From Candidatus Poribacteria bacterium (GTDB lineage: Bacteria > Poribacteria > WGA-4E > GCA-2687025): a DNA stretch of 64,000 nucleotides. A program made the translations under genes and the position numbers. Positions within the stretch are counted from its first letter, which is position 1. Each line of letters opens with the position of its first letter. This document shows, piece by piece, positions 28,867-39,130 of the stretch. The DNA lies in assembly GCA_026004875.1 (NCBI GenBank), contig BPJZ01000001.1, positions 1 to 64,000 of the forward strand, written 5' to 3'. Below the pieces are notes generated by a model. That model did not search any database, was not told the DNA's origin, and saw only the letters and a list, made by a program, of their open reading frames with translations.

Positions 28867-29796
28867 CTACTCCTCCGCAATCACAGGGTTGGAAAGCGTG
28901 CCGATCCTCTCGATCTGAACCTCCACCACATCGCCGGGACGAAGCTTTTCGCCCCGAGCTCTCCCGACGCCCGCCGGGGTGCCGGTTGCGATCACGTCGC
29001 CCGGCTCCAAGGTGATCCAACGACTGATCCACTCGATCAGCTCGGCACAGGTGAAGATCATCTGGGCGGTGCTGGCGTCCTGCTTGACCTCGCCGTTGAC
29101 CCGGAGGGTGATCCGCAGGCTCTGGGGATCAGGAATCTCGTCCCGCGTAACCAAGCAGGGGCCCATCGGCGCGAAGGTGTCGCACCACTTGCCGTTGAGC
29201 CAGTCGAACCAGCGGTCCCCCTCTCGTGGACGCCGGGTCTCCGGCACCGCCAACTGACGTTCGGAGACGTCGTTGAGGATCGTATACCCAGCGACGTAGT
29301 CTAGAGCCTCCTGGGCGGAGATGTGCTTTCCCCGTCGGCCGATGACGACGGCAAGCTCCGCCTCCCAGTCGATCCAGCGGCCATGACGAGGAATGACGAT
29401 CGGGTCCCCGTGGCCGATGACGGTCGTCGAGGGAGGCTTCATGAAGACACGAGGGGTGGTCTCCGCCTTCTGGAGCACCTCACCGCCGCCCTCTTGAATG
29501 TGCTCGGCGTAGTTCCCCGCCAGGCAGAAAAGCTTTGGCGGACGAGGAACCGTCGGCCCGATCGGTTCGGAGATCCAAAAGACTCGTTCGGGGTCCTCCT
29601 CCGCCAACGCCGCGACCTGACGAAGGGCGTCGAGCGCTTCTTGGCCGCCCTCCAAAAAGGTGTGCATGCTGCCCAGATGGAGCACCCTCGAGTCTCGAAA
29701 GTGGGCCGCATAGGTCCGGGCGACGTTGACGATCCGATCGCCACTGAGCAGGCCTAAAATCGTCCCTCGGTTGACCCGTACGCTGACCAGTTTCAT
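28867..29796 (-). CDS. Fumarylacetoacetate hydrolase (FAH)-family protein.
   Basis: ...KPPSTTVIGHGDPIVIP...DWEAELAVVIGRRGK...ATGTPAGVG... are FAH fold motifs. 309 aa. Confidence 0.8.
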   Translation of the reverse strand: MKLVSVRVNRGTILGLLSGDRIVNVARTYAAHFRDSRVLHLGSMHTFLEGGQEALDALRQVAALAEEDPERVFWISEPIGPTVPRPPKLFCLAGNYAEHIQEGGGEVLQKAETTPRVFMKPPSTTVIGHGDPIVIPRHGRWIDWEAELAVVIGRRGKHISAQEALDYVAGYTILNDVSERQLAVPETRRPREGDRWFDWLNGKWCDTFAPMGPCLVTRDEIPDPQSLRITLRVNGEVKQDASTAQMIFTCAELIEWISRWITLEPGDVIATGTPAGVGRARGEKLRPGDVVEVQIERIGTLSNPVIAEE

Positions 29797-29907
29797 CGCA
29801 GACCCTCTCTCCTCCTCGCCGGCATCTGGTGGAAGGTCCGGTTAGGGTGGAAGCCTACACGGAACGGCAGAAAAGGGCAACGCCCAAGGCCGGTAAGTCG
29901 GGACGGA

Positions 29908-31077
29908 TCACGGCTCGCGATCGCGGCGTTGCTCCTCCTGGAAGGCGCGAAGCTGTCGGGTGAGGAAGATTCGCATCAACCGGCTGCTGACCAACCGCTC
30001 CTCCCCCGGCCGCAGCGTCTGAGGGTTCACGTAGATGCCGTCAGGCCGCTCGGCCGGAGCTAACTCGATTGCGGGAGACTCCGAGCGCAAGGCGGCGAGT
30101 AGCTCGTCGCGACGGATCCCAAGCCGATCCTCGTCTAGAAGGAGGAGTGCACGGGGCATCGGCTGACCGGCCTCCGAAGGGAAGTCCCGAAGCACCTGAA
30201 CCCCCTCGAACCCTGCAAACGCTTCGATGAAGTGTTGCACCATCGCCTCGTAGGAGGCCATCAGAGCTTCGTGGTCTAAGCTGAGATACCACTTGACGGC
30301 GGCATAGATGCCGGCCAGCTCTTCCTTTCCTACCTTCATCGGGCGTCCAATATAGGGGTGGGGACAAGCGTTAAAGGCGCACGCTCGAATGATCTCCGCG
30401 CGCCCCAGGATTAGACCGGTGGTTTGGGGTCCACAGAGCCCCTTGCCCCCGCTGAAGATGGCCACATCGGCGCCGTAGTCGCGAGTGAAGCGCCAGAGGT
30501 TCTCCGGCGGCGGCAGCTGAGCGGCGGCGTCCACGATGACCGGCACCCCATACCGATGGGCAACCTCTACAATCTGCGGAACGGGAAGTAGGCCCGGTGG
30601 CCCTTCACCCTGAGGAGCGACAAAAACGGCCGCGGTCCGATCGGTAATCCCGGCCTCTAGCTCCTCTGGGGTAACGCCTTCCAGCCGCCCGACGGGGCGA
30701 AGCTTTCCCCCCGCCTGTCGGATGGAGAACTCGTGCTCGATCCGATGGCACTCGAAAACGATCACCTCGTTTCGGGGAAAGTCGTCCGTTTGGGGAAGCC
30801 GTCTTCGCCGTTCCGGGTCCAGGTCGGTGAGACAGGCGGCGGTCGCCAGAACGATTCCGGCAGCGGCGCCACAGCTCACAAACGCCGCCTCGTTCTGGGT
30901 CATCTCAGCGATCGCCTCTCCAACCCGCTGCTGGAGCTCCTCCAGGTCCACATAGGAGGAGGCCGCCTCGATCATCGCCGTCAGCACCGGCTGAGGCATC
31001 AGCGACCCGCCCAGGCGGGTGAGCGTCGCGAATCCGTTGACGACACGCCGGACCCCCAACTCATCGTAGACCGACAT
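29908..31077 (-). CDS. SelA-like / class-V-fold PLP-dependent enzyme (L-seryl-tRNA(Sec) selenium transferase-related family).
   Basis: ...FSGGKGLCGPQTTGLILGRAEI... (Lys-PLP region), ~390 aa. Start probably MSVYDELG at 31077, which avoids overlap with the upstream Fe-ADH gene. Confidence 0.55.
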   Translation of the reverse strand: MSVYDELGVRRVVNGFATLTRLGGSLMPQPVLTAMIEAASSYVDLEELQQRVGEAIAEMTQNEAAFVSCGAAAGIVLATAACLTDLDPERRRRLPQTDDFPRNEVIVFECHRIEHEFSIRQAGGKLRPVGRLEGVTPEELEAGITDRTAAVFVAPQGEGPPGLLPVPQIVEVAHRYGVPVIVDAAAQLPPPENLWRFTRDYGADVAIFSGGKGLCGPQTTGLILGRAEIIRACAFNACPHPYIGRPMKVGKEELAGIYAAVKWYLSLDHEALMASYEAMVQHFIEAFAGFEGVQVLRDFPSEAGQPMPRALLLLDEDRLGIRRDELLAALRSESPAIELAPAERPDGIYVNPQTLRPGEERLVSSRLMRIFLTRQLRAFQEEQRRDREP

Positions 31078-31081
31078 GGGA

Positions 31082-32269
31082 TCACAGCTCCAGGGGCTGG
31101 AGGGCTGTTTCAAAAAGCGTTCGCAGGTCGCGTTCGGTGAACTCGCGCGGACTGGCGACGGTTCCCTCGTCCCGCATCGCGTCGGCGGCCAATTCGGGAA
31201 TCATCTCCACTTGGACGCCTAACTCTTGAAGCGATTGCGGCAGTCCCAGGCGGTCCCAGAGCCGCCGGATCGCCCGGACGGCGGCGTAGGCAGCCTCCTC
31301 GGTTGTGAGGGCGCCGACGTTCTCCACCCCCATGGCCCAGGCGATCTCGGCGTACCGCTCGCGCGCAGCCTCCAGGTTGTAAAGCATTACATAGGGAAGG
31401 ACGACAGCACTGGCCAGTCCATGGGGAAGGCTTAGGCGTTCCGTCAGCGCATTGGCCAACACGTGAGTGCTCGATCCCCCCTTGTGGGAGGCCAGGCCGC
31501 CCATCGCGGCGGCCAGTTGCATCTGCATCCGCGCCTTCAGATCGCCCGGATGCTCGACCACCTCTGGCAGGGCCCGAACAATCAACCGGATAGCCTCAAA
31601 GGCGATCCCGTCGGCGATCGGGTCGAAGCCGGGGGCCACGTAGGCATCCACAGCGTGTACCAGCGCGTCTGCACCGGTGGTCTTGGTCAAAAACGGCGGC
31701 ATCGGAGCGACCAACTCCGGGTCCAGGATGGCCAACGTCGGGATCAACCGTGGATGGACGATCCGACGCTTTCGGTGCTGCTGGGTATCGGTGATCAGCG
31801 CCATTCGGGACACTTCGCTGCCGGTGCCCGAAGTCGTCGGAACGGCAACTAAGGGAGCCATCGGCCGCCGAATGCGTTCTATGCCCCCCACCTCAGCGTA
31901 CAGATCGCTTAACTGGCAGGAGTGGGAGACCAGCACACGAATGGCCTTTGCCGCGTCAATGACGCTTCCGCCTCCTAACGCGACCAGTCCGTCGCAGCGT
32001 CCCTCCGTGTAATGAACGGAGCCCGCGTAGACGTTCCTATCGGTCGGGTTGGGCCGAATCTCGGAGAAGACTGTCGGGTGGAAGTCCTTCCCCTCCAGCG
32101 TCTTGAGGAGCCGATCCAAAAGCCCGGCCTCCCGCACACCTGGATCGGTCACAATCAGCGGACGAGAAACCTCCCATCGGCGAAGCCATTCGGGCAGCGA
32201 CTTGATCGCCCCAGGACCACACTCAAGCACAGAAGGGAAGTAAAACCGACGATGTTGTTCCTCTACCAT
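31082..32269 (-). CDS. Iron-containing (group III) alcohol dehydrogenase.
   Basis: GGGSVIDAAKAI, the Fe-ADH signature, and the metal-binding His region HAVDAYV...H. 395 aa. Confidence 0.85.
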   Translation of the reverse strand: MVEEQHRRFYFPSVLECGPGAIKSLPEWLRRWEVSRPLIVTDPGVREAGLLDRLLKTLEGKDFHPTVFSEIRPNPTDRNVYAGSVHYTEGRCDGLVALGGGSVIDAAKAIRVLVSHSCQLSDLYAEVGGIERIRRPMAPLVAVPTTSGTGSEVSRMALITDTQQHRKRRIVHPRLIPTLAILDPELVAPMPPFLTKTTGADALVHAVDAYVAPGFDPIADGIAFEAIRLIVRALPEVVEHPGDLKARMQMQLAAAMGGLASHKGGSSTHVLANALTERLSLPHGLASAVVLPYVMLYNLEAARERYAEIAWAMGVENVGALTTEEAAYAAVRAIRRLWDRLGLPQSLQELGVQVEMIPELAADAMRDEGTVASPREFTERDLRTLFETALQPLEL

Positions 32270-32333
32270 GATCTCCCCTCTTGCTGGCCGATCGGCCCTC
32301 TTGGATCAGGCGCCCCGAGCCCCCGAGGACGCC

Positions 32334-32924
32334 CTAAAAGAGGAGCTCTTCCGCCTCTGCAGGACGACGCAGTCCGTACAGCTCGATCTCCCCAGCCCGG
32401 GGCTGACCCGGCTGGAAGGCCGTCGTCCGCTGGACGCCACCCTGTTCGATCCAGCGACGCTGGTTCGATCCAAACCGGTCATCGTGGGTGTTGCCAATCC
32501 GAAGGCGAATCCGGTCGGTGGTCGCCCGAATCGGGATGACCAACGTCGGCTCTCGATTCTGCTTGACCCGGGCGACGATCTTCCATTCCCCTTCCGATTT
32601 GCCGCCGGCGTAGACGATCACATCCTCAAAGTTGGCGTTGCGAATAACCAGCTGATGCAGGGAGCGCTCCACCGGCAGCCGGATGTAGATCTCCCGCGAG
32701 GTGACCGCGACCGTCTCCGGATCGCCGTCAATTAACTCCGGCGCCGGATGCACTTCGGTCTGCCAGTGCCATTCGGCAACGGTGCCGGGAAGGAGGGCGT
32801 AATTGTCGCTCAGCTCCTGCGGACCGACCAACCGACCGATTAGGCCGGTTCCGCATCCTCCCAAAAAAAGGAGCAGCGCGACCAGAACTCCAAGCTCGAC
32901 GGGCCATCGAGAGGATCGAGTCAT
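32334..32924 (-). CDS. Hypothetical lipoprotein.
   Basis: Signal/lipobox MTRSSRWPVELGVLVALLLFLGGCG; no known domain recognised. Confidence 0.5.
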   Translation of the reverse strand: MTRSSRWPVELGVLVALLLFLGGCGTGLIGRLVGPQELSDNYALLPGTVAEWHWQTEVHPAPELIDGDPETVAVTSREIYIRLPVERSLHQLVIRNANFEDVIVYAGGKSEGEWKIVARVKQNREPTLVIPIRATTDRIRLRIGNTHDDRFGSNQRRWIEQGGVQRTTAFQPGQPRAGEIELYGLRRPAEAEELLF

Positions 32925-33066
32925 CGTTTTGTCCCGCGCGTGAAACCGCACCCAGAGCAAAGATGGCCCTCGTTGAGGGTTCGCCTCGTCCGTTGAGTGT
33001 AGAGGTTTCCTCCCGATAAAGTCAAGCCGCAGGGCGAAACCCCGCCGGAACCCAGCTCAAGCCACC

Positions 33067-34548
33067 TCAGCTCTCCCAAGAGGGCGGCGACCCGATCCGC
33101 AGGGCCCCGTTCGTCGGAAGAAAATCCCCCCACCGGATCAGTCGGAGCATCAAAGCCAGTCCTGCATAAAGTACAGCCCCGGTCGGAAGACTTCCCCAGA
33201 TCGGCCAGCTCCGGACGAGGGAGAAAAACCCGTTGCTCAGCAACCCCAGCAACAGCAGGCGCGTCCAGACACCGACGCCAGGAACCGGTGCCAGCTTCCA
33301 GTGGATATACCCTGTCCCGACGAGAACCAGGAACAATTCGCTCAAGCCAGCGGCCCATCCCGCGCCCCGATGGTGGTAACGCCCCATCAGCAGAGCTCCG
33401 GCCAGAAGATGCACCCCAGTCGCCCCGAGCATCAGCAGAAGGACGGCTCGACCCCGATTGGCCGCCCGGAGGACGTTCGAGACCACCATCGTCAAAAAAA
33501 GCAGCCCTCCAAGGCCGCTTAAGCTCTGAAAGGCCGCGTCAATCGTCCCAGGCGGGTAAGCGTCCAGTTGGTACAGCAGCCGGATCAGCTCCGGCCCAAC
33601 CCAATAAAGCAGCGTCGCCGCGCCCAACCCCAACGTCGCCATCGCCCGAAAGGAGCGCTCCACCAAACGGCGGAGCCGCTCCCGGTCCTCCGGTGTCCCC
33701 CCAGGACGGGAGTAGTCGGCCAACCGCGGAAAGAGAGCGCTGAGCACTGCCCCTGGAAGGATAGCCAGCGCTGTGATCCAACCGTAAGCGGTTCCATAGT
33801 AAGCCACCACCAGCGCCCCCCCGTTCGCTCCAACGCTCCAAAAGCACCGGACCCATCCGGTAATAGGCAATGTTGACGAAGTTAGCCGCGACAAAGGGCA
33901 ACATCGGCACCAGAAGCGCCCGCCATTCACTCCACCGAAACCGAGGCCCGTACCGGGCGAACTGAGCGCTCAACAGTCCAGCCACCAACAACACGTGCAG
34001 CGAGGAGGCGCCGACCATTGTCCCACAGATCCACGTCGCCGAGCCGATCCCCAGCACCAGCCCCGCCACCCCCCCACCCCGGCAACGATCGCCCGTTCCA
34101 AAAGGACGCCCAGAGATTCAAACTCCATCCGTTCCCGCGCCCGGAAGAAAAGGTGAAACGCCCCGGCGATCTGGTCTAAAGCCGACGCGATGGCCGTAAG
34201 GACCACCAACCGACGCAGCAGCGGAGGATAGCCGTTCGCCCACGACCAAGCCAGCGCAGCGCCCAAAACAACAACCCCAGCGCTCAGCCGCATTCCCAAC
34301 GCTGCGCCGAACGTCCGCGCCTCCTCCTCCGGACGAAGCAGCAGCTCCCGCACGAGAGGGTCCCGTAACCCCAGTTCCGCCAGAGCCCCGGCCATCCCCG
34401 CCACCGACACCGCAACAAAATAAAACCCCAACTCCTCAGGAGCCAGGTAGCGCGGAAGCAACAACAGCAGGACCAGGCCCAGCGCTCGCGCCCCAAGATG
34501 AGCGCTCAGGAGAAAAATTGCGTTTTCCCAAACGGAACGGCGTCGCAT
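33067..34548 (-). CDS. Wzx-like polysaccharide flippase (MOP superfamily) with two frameshifts.
   Basis: Three consecutive ORFs (33970..34548, 33539..34069, 33067..33930) in different frames, all polytopic with the polysaccharide_biosynthesis pattern (LLSAHLGARALGLVLLLLLPRYL...). Confidence 0.55.
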
Positions 34549-34677
34549 TCGACCCTCGACGGCACTTCCGCGGTTGATTCTCGTCTTCGCCTCGCTATCC
34601 TTATCATCTTAACTTGCTTTCCGTCGTACAGTACGGGGACCATGAGGCAGCTAAACCACCCCAAACAAAGGGAACCG

Positions 34678-36333
34678 ATGAACCACGACTTCTCGCGCCG
34701 ACACGACTTTGACGCGCTGCGGGCCTCGATGATGCTCCTGGGAATTCTTCTGCACGGGGCCCTCTCGTTTGCGCCGATCCCTTGGGTGGTACAGGACAGC
34801 CGCCAGCACGAGGCCTTCGCGTTGCTCTTCTCTGCCGTCCACGGCTTTCGGATGCCGGTGTTCTTTCTAATGAGCGGCTTCTTTACGGCGATGCTCTGGC
34901 GAAAGCGCGGGATGAAGGGAACGCTTAAGCATCGCTTTCAGCGGATTGTCCTCCCTTTTCTTTTGAGCTTGGTGACCGTACTTCCCCTGCTCAACTGGGT
35001 GAGCTTTCGGGCGATCGCCTCTGGGAGCGCAGCACCGACCGCTGAGAGGAGCCCCCAGCCGGAGGCGCCGCCCGGCGAAGATCTCTGGACGGCTGCGGCC
35101 AGCGGTAACCTGAGGATTCTGGAACGTCGGCTCTCTGAGGGAGCGGATCCCAATGCCCCCGACCCTGTAGCCGGCGTTACTCCATTGGCCTGGACAGCGC
35201 TCTTTGGCCAGGAGGCCGCTGCAGAAAAGCTCCTTGATCACGGCGCGGACCCAAATGCGCGCAACCGCGACGGGACCACTCCCCTTCACGCGGCCGCGTT
35301 CCTAGGCCGGGCGGAGGTCGCCGCGCTGCTCCCCCGTTACGGAGCAGACCCGACCGCTCCCAGCTATACCGGCGAAACTCCGCTGGATTCCCTCACCGCT
35401 AGCTGGGAGGCCGTCCAGTACATCGCAGGACTGCTGAACATTCCCGTCGAGCGAGCGGCCGTCGAGGCAGGACGAAAGAAGGTCGCAGAGCTGCTGCAGC
35501 AAACAACGACGGGGAGGTCGGTAGGGGCATCCGTCCGTCGGTGGATCGCCCGCCAGATGAACGTCTCCCTTTTCCACCACCTCTGGTTTCTCTGGTTCCT
35601 CATCTGGCTCATTGCTGGGTTCTCATGTTATGCGCTTTTTGTGGAGCGCACCGGCTGGAAGGGTCTCCCGCGCCGGTGGCTGGCCCCGCCGCGCGCGCTG
35701 CTCTGGCTGATCCCACTGACGATGCTGCCTCAACACTGGATGGGGCGATTTGGCCCAAGCTTTGGACCGGACACCTCGGCCGGCTTGATCCCGATGCCCC
35801 ACGTCCTGGCGTACTACGCGATCTTCTTCTTTTACGGGGCCCTGCTCTTTGATCGGGAGGAGCCCACCTGGAACCCCGCCCGAGGGTGGGGATGGATGCT
35901 CCTGGCGGGTCTGTGCGTGTTCTTGCCCCTTGGGCTGAGGGCCACCTTCACACCGGTTGAGGCCCTTCCTCAGGGATGGCGGCGGCCCTTGGCAGACCTG
36001 CTCCAAGTCGGCTACACGTGGACGATGACCTTTGGGTTGATGGGGATGTTCCGACGCCTCCTCCGGCGAGAAAGCTACGCCGTTCGATACGTCTCGGACT
36101 CCTCTTATTGGCTCTACTTGGTTCATCTCCCCTTGATCATCGCCGCCCAGATGGTCGTCCGGAACTGGAAGCTGCCCGCGCTGGTGAAGTATGGAATCGT
36201 CTGCGGATCGGTCACGGTACTGCTGTTGCTCAGCTATCAACTGATGGTCCGCTACACCTGGATCGGCCGGATGCTCAACGGTCCACGAACCCGACGCCAA
36301 AAGACAGCTCCGATCCCAGCTTCCGGGGGATGA
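34678..36333 (+). CDS. Acyltransferase-3 (OpgC/OatA-like) family membrane protein with a ~200-aa ankyrin-repeat module inserted after the third TM segment.
   Basis: N-terminus MNHDFSRRHDFDALRASMMLLGILLHGALSF fits the AT3 pattern R.D.LD.LR...L.V..H. Internal GVTPLAWTALFGQEAAAEKLLDHGADPNARNRDGTTPLHAAAFLGRAEVAALLPRYGADP is at least three ankyrin repeats. Seven or more TM segments follow. Confidence 0.65.
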   Translation: MNHDFSRRHDFDALRASMMLLGILLHGALSFAPIPWVVQDSRQHEAFALLFSAVHGFRMPVFFLMSGFFTAMLWRKRGMKGTLKHRFQRIVLPFLLSLVTVLPLLNWVSFRAIASGSAAPTAERSPQPEAPPGEDLWTAAASGNLRILERRLSEGADPNAPDPVAGVTPLAWTALFGQEAAAEKLLDHGADPNARNRDGTTPLHAAAFLGRAEVAALLPRYGADPTAPSYTGETPLDSLTASWEAVQYIAGLLNIPVERAAVEAGRKKVAELLQQTTTGRSVGASVRRWIARQMNVSLFHHLWFLWFLIWLIAGFSCYALFVERTGWKGLPRRWLAPPRALLWLIPLTMLPQHWMGRFGPSFGPDTSAGLIPMPHVLAYYAIFFFYGALLFDREEPTWNPARGWGWMLLAGLCVFLPLGLRATFTPVEALPQGWRRPLADLLQVGYTWTMTFGLMGMFRRLLRRESYAVRYVSDSSYWLYLVHLPLIIAAQMVVRNWKLPALVKYGIVCGSVTVLLLLSYQLMVRYTWIGRMLNGPRTRRQKTAPIPASGG

Positions 36334-36347
36334 GGGAACGGGAGTCT

Positions 36348-37577
36348 TCAAAGCCGAGCGGCCCGCTCGCGGAGGGCCTCCAGGCGCTCCAAGATCGCGC
36401 GGGCGTTCATGACGCCTTTGTAGACGTAAAGCCGTGCCGGGAGCTCCGGGTCCAGCACCTCTTCGCTGACCCGAAGCCGGTCGCTGACGGCAAAAAGGAC
36501 CGGCACACCAAGTCCAGCTTCGACCAGCTCCACCCGCTTCCAAACGGCCTCCCGGCTCCAGTACCCGAGGACCTCCAAGTAGGCGCAAAAGCCGCTCTCC
36601 CGATGAGTAAACGCCAGGTCTGGAACGCAAAGTCCTACCCCCGGCAGGTCGAGCAGGTCTTGCGCAACGGCCACCTCCCACGGAGCGCCCAGCGCTCGAA
36701 ACTGCTCCATCAATCGGGCCACCTCCTCCGGCAGGTGAAGGGACTCCTCCTCAGAAGGCCCCCGTTGGCCGCTCCCTTCCAGTCGGAACCGGTACGGAGG
36801 TCGGTCCCGATCCCATCGTACCAACGCCTCCAGCTCCCATCGCCCGCAGGACTCCAGGACGGGGAGCAGCAGGGCTAACTGCAGCCCATACTTGACCGTC
36901 GCCTGAAAAAGGCTCAACGGCCCGTCAATCTCGATCCGATAGCCTCCCTCCGGCTCCCGATTGAGACGGTACAGCAACCGATGGAACTTCAACCGGCGAA
37001 AGAAGACCCGATAGCCTCCGGGATCGGCGCAGGACAGCCGAACCACCACCTTCAACGCTCGAAGCAACACCGCTTGCCGTTGAGCCCGATCGTAGACGTC
37101 CAAGAGCGCCTCTGCCCCGATCGGGTCGAAATGGGTCAGGCGATAGTTCTCCCTCAAATCGGCATAAAGCCCCTCCTCCAGCCGCTCCGGAGTGGTCCCC
37201 AGCTCCTCAGCAAGTTCCTGGAGGAGCCGCTTCCGATCGAACCGCTCCAATTCCCGCCGAGCCGCCGCTGCGCGTGCGAAAAGACGCCTCCGAAGCGCGC
37301 GCGGTTCCCATCCTTCGACTACGCCGACCATCTCAAACGTGCATCGGTCCTCGATCAGCTTCTGGAGTCCCCGCATCCGCTTGTAGTCGGTCTCTCGGAA
37401 GGACAACGACTCGCAGGCTGCGCGAAACTCCCCTTGAGTCCGACCCAGGGAGGCCTCCGCCAGCTCGATCAACTGCCTTGCAACGGGAAGCAGCCGCCGA
37501 CGCTCCGCCGGACTCAGCGGAACCACCTCCAGCGTTCCGCCCCGACGCCGTACCCGGACCAGATCAGCGGTAAGCAC
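36348..37577 (-). CDS. Bax1-like DUF790 endonuclease, the partner nuclease of XPB helicase.
   Basis: 409 aa. Overlaps the stop of the upstream helicase gene by 14 nt. The size and the MLTADLVRVRRRGGTLEVVPL... N-terminus are typical of archaeal Bax1/DUF790. Assignment rests on family recognition and synteny, not a search. Confidence 0.55.
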   Translation of the reverse strand: MLTADLVRVRRRGGTLEVVPLSPAERRRLLPVARQLIELAEASLGRTQGEFRAACESLSFRETDYKRMRGLQKLIEDRCTFEMVGVVEGWEPRALRRRLFARAAAARRELERFDRKRLLQELAEELGTTPERLEEGLYADLRENYRLTHFDPIGAEALLDVYDRAQRQAVLLRALKVVVRLSCADPGGYRVFFRRLKFHRLLYRLNREPEGGYRIEIDGPLSLFQATVKYGLQLALLLPVLESCGRWELEALVRWDRDRPPYRFRLEGSGQRGPSEEESLHLPEEVARLMEQFRALGAPWEVAVAQDLLDLPGVGLCVPDLAFTHRESGFCAYLEVLGYWSREAVWKRVELVEAGLGVPVLFAVSDRLRVSEEVLDPELPARLYVYKGVMNARAILERLEALRERAARL

Positions 37578-38958
37578 GGTGCTTCCTCCGCCGAAGGCTC
37601 ACGAACACTTCCGAAGTCTCACTAGCGATCAGCTCGTACAGCACCGCCTGTTTCCCCTCCCGTCGTCGCAGCAGTCGGCCCAGTCGCTGGACGTGCTCCC
37701 GAACCGATCCGCTCCCCGAAAGCACAATTCCCACGTTTGCTTCGGGCAGGTCCACCCCTTCGTTGAGGACCTTGGAGGTGGCCAGGATGTTCACCTCCCC
37801 TTCGCCAAACGCCCGAAGAATCTCAACCCGTTCGCTCGGCGGCGTCTGATGGGTAATCGCCGGGATCAAAAAGCGGCGGGACAGCTCATAGGCGGAGGCG
37901 TTTCGCTCGGTGAACAGCAACACGCGGTCGCGCCGATGCCGACGAAGAAGATACTCGACGTAGTCCAGCTTGGAAGGTGCTGCGAAAGCCAACTCCCGCT
38001 GACGCTGATAGGCCTTCATCGCCCGACGGCCCTCCTCGCTCAGCGAAGAGAGCCGGACAAACTGGCTCCACCCCTTTGGGCTATTCATCACGATTCCGTA
38101 CCGGTCCACAAACGCCCGATAGGTGCGCCAGGCCGCCTCGTACTCCGCTCGCTCCTCTGGCGTCAGCTCGACCAGAACCTCCTCGACGATGTAGTCGGCC
38201 AGGTACTCCCCGGCGAGCTCGTCCACCTCCCGGCGGTAGACCACCGGCCCGATCAGGTGGTTCAGCGACTCGTGGCGCCCGTCCGCCCGTTCCGGCGTGG
38301 CGGTCAAGCCCAACCGAAACGGCGCCAACGAAGCTAACGCCGCAAAGGAGTAAGTCTCCCCCGGCAGATGGTGACACTCGTCAAAAACGATCAGCCCAAA
38401 GCGAGCCCCGAGGTGCTCCATATGGAGATGGGCCGAATCGTACGTCGAGACGGTGATCGGGCAGACCCGATGCTCTCCGCCGCCCAGCACCCCGACCTCC
38501 CGACGAAAGCCGGTCTCCAGAAGCTCATACCACTGAGCAACCAGGTCAAGCGTCGGCGCGACGACCAACGTGTCCCGTCGCGCGCGGTCGATGGCCATCA
38601 GCGCCGCATAGCTTTTGCCTGCACCGGTGGGGAGAACGATCACTCCGCGGCCCCCAGCGCGCCACCAGGCCTCAACCGCCTCCTCCTGGAACGGTCGAGG
38701 AACCCGACGCACCTGAAGGCCCTCTTCGAGGACGCCGTAGGCCCGCGCCTCGTCCCGATAGGGGACCCCCTCCCGCCGAAGCGCCAGGACGATCGGCGCA
38801 TAGGCCAAAGCAGGCGCTCGAAAACAGCGCGTGCGCGGATCCCAGCGGCAATCCGCCGGCAGGAGCGCCGAAAACGACTCGGCAAGCCCTCGCACCTCCA
38901 GCGTCCCCGCAACAAAACGAAACACGACGGGCGACGATTCCTCCGGCTCCGGAACCAT
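37564..38958 (-). CDS. XPB/ERCC3/Rad25-family superfamily-2 DNA helicase.
   Basis: RBS GGGGAGGGGA before the ATG at 38958. Walker A LPTGAGKSY, DECH box, SAT-like TATPER, motif VI QRLGRLLRR. An N-terminal ~100-aa damage-recognition-like domain. Followed by a DUF790 gene in the same operon, as in archaeal XPB-Bax1. Confidence 0.7.
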   Translation of the reverse strand: MVPEPEESSPVVFRFVAGTLEVRGLAESFSALLPADCRWDPRTRCFRAPALAYAPIVLALRREGVPYRDEARAYGVLEEGLQVRRVPRPFQEEAVEAWWRAGGRGVIVLPTGAGKSYAALMAIDRARRDTLVVAPTLDLVAQWYELLETGFRREVGVLGGGEHRVCPITVSTYDSAHLHMEHLGARFGLIVFDECHHLPGETYSFAALASLAPFRLGLTATPERADGRHESLNHLIGPVVYRREVDELAGEYLADYIVEEVLVELTPEERAEYEAAWRTYRAFVDRYGIVMNSPKGWSQFVRLSSLSEEGRRAMKAYQRQRELAFAAPSKLDYVEYLLRRHRRDRVLLFTERNASAYELSRRFLIPAITHQTPPSERVEILRAFGEGEVNILATSKVLNEGVDLPEANVGIVLSGSGSVREHVQRLGRLLRRREGKQAVLYELIASETSEVFVSLRRRKHRAYR

Positions 38959-39130
38959 TCTCCCCTCCCCTCCTGAGGATTGCGGGCCTCTGACCTCAAA
39001 AAGCATACCATACCGCCAAAGGAGCTCCCAGAGGCTACCCCTTGTCCCCACTGGGCGACGGTCTTATGCTCTCTCCCCGAGAGCGTGTTCGCCCTTGAAG
39101 GATTCATTTGGTCTGCTCAGGAGAACACCG

